Source of the DNA: Selaginella moellendorffii
Lineage: Eukaryota > Plantae > Lycopodiophyta
Length of the DNA: 64,000 bases
Assembly: GCF_000143415.4 (NCBI RefSeq)
Contig: NW_003314344.1
Coordinates: forward strand, 574,106-638,105
Direction: 5' to 3'
The notes below the pieces were generated by a model. It was not told where the DNA came from, did no database searches, and saw only the letters and a list, made by a program, of their open reading frames with translations. Of this stretch, positions 62,501 to 64,000 are shown piece after piece. How positions within the stretch are numbered: the first letter of the stretch is position 1; each line of letters opens with the position of its first letter. A program made the position numbers and the translations under genes.

Positions 62501-64000
62501 CCAACCTACCCATTATCCCTATTATCCTTACTATACATTTGAAACCCCCCCACCCCCCCCGAAGAATGCACACATTGGGCTTTCACCTTTAATATTAGGA
62601 GTTTGCTAGATTGTGAATTTTGACACGGGAACAACACCATCATGTTTAAGACAATCTCTACATTCCATAAATATACTAAATTAGCAAATCTAGACATTTT
62701 CTATAAATAGCTAATGGGACCAAAAGAAACTAACACATGGAGCATGATAGTGAGGGTGTCTTTGATAGACACAGTAAGCTATCACTTAGTGAGTATTGAG
62801 GGACTAAGCTCAATACTATGGGGGTTCCCAACACTAATAAGTGTAAGCTAACAATATGAGTTTCTCATCACTATATCAAGTATGCTTGACTAATAACAAC
62901 TTAAGGTTTCCTTCCTTAGTGCCCTCCTAGTGTAAGTGCACATATGATGACTAGTTTCTCAACTAACTTAGGCGGAAACTTAATAAACAGGAATACTGAC
63001 CTCTTGCCGTTGTAGCAGTAAGAAAAGAATATCTGAAAGGACTAACTAACAAATAACTTTCAATATCCACAATCACATTTGCAACATTCTCCCCTCCTTA
63101 GGAAAAATTGACATCCTCGTCGATGCATACTTTAGTCTAAACCACTGCCAAAAAAACAACTCTAAAAAAAATTCACGATATTCACACTTTATGAGAAATG
63201 AATGAATACCCAAAGCTCTATATCTTTGAATATTCACATTACACTAACGCTCTTCTTCAATCATCTTTAAGATCTAGTATGAAGTCAAATATTAATAAGA
63301 AAAATGACATGAAAAATCAATATCTAAGGAAAATTCCTTATCACTCAAAACAATATTGCCACTTCCACTAACACAAGTGTTAACAATATCAATGCCTGAA
63401 CTTCACACCTTCTCCATCCAACAATCTACTCTAAGTGTTAATAGATTTACCAAAAAACTATAGCAAATAGATGCTATAACCTTTTCCAACACCTCAATGG
63501 GCAAACTCTCAAGAATCAAGGTACTAACTCAGACATGACAGCAAAGTCTTACAGTGATTAATAATGTTTAAAAGTGTTCTTGGAGCGTATTGAATGTTTC
63601 AGTGTGTGAGCTTGAGAGATTTTAGTGTAGCTCATGTTAGATCATACTTTCCACTCTTATTTCTTTCTAGATTCTTGCTGATGGCAGCAATGATGGTTCC
63701 TCCATTTCATATAATGGAAAACCATTGAAAACTAAGTCAAATCTACTTTAATGTTACTACTTGCAAATAGACTAACTTCACTATCAACCACTTTAGGGTT
63801 GATCATCATTTAACTAAACAACATCGTAAATACATTACTCACTATTATATGGATATGATAAAAATTACAATGGCTTAATCATCAATTGAGCAATACCACG
63901 AGCATGCTTGCATTATTACTTCAAAAGTTTATGTGAGTATCAAATGCCAATTTTATTCGACAAAATACCACACCCTATCACTTTGCTGTAGGCGCATGGG

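Noticed and set aside
62430-64000. Further decayed retroelement into which the chromovirus may have inserted
   Set aside because: Too degenerate to identify domains or boundaries by eye.

Overview
Plant nuclear DNA. Very short introns (about 50-70 nt), dense genes and 'MPERDLVSW'-type PLS PPR genes point to a lycophyte such as Selaginella (inference). Bases 1-32 kb are gene-rich: PPR relics, a head-to-head pair of atypical GAE-like SDR genes, a frameshifted aspartic protease, a 10-kb USP9X/USP24-type deubiquitinase, RBOH, an SMP-C2 protein head-to-head with MPP-alpha, and an F-box gene. Bases 32.7-45.1 kb hold a Ty3/gypsy element with three nested insertions: a complete 5S-rRNA-bearing Cassandra TRIM, a Cassandra solo LTR, and a 6.7-kb TIR DNA transposon with a 4-bp TSD. 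That transposon (Sola-like) carries a truncated transposase, a divergent ParB/Srx(DGQHR)-like gene and about 11 copies of a 22-bp palindrome; it is the most unusual object in the window. Bases 46-50.5 kb hold a disordered orphan gene and an intact PLS-E PPR gene. Bases 52-64 kb are decayed nested LTR elements, including a chromovirus and more Cassandra copies.
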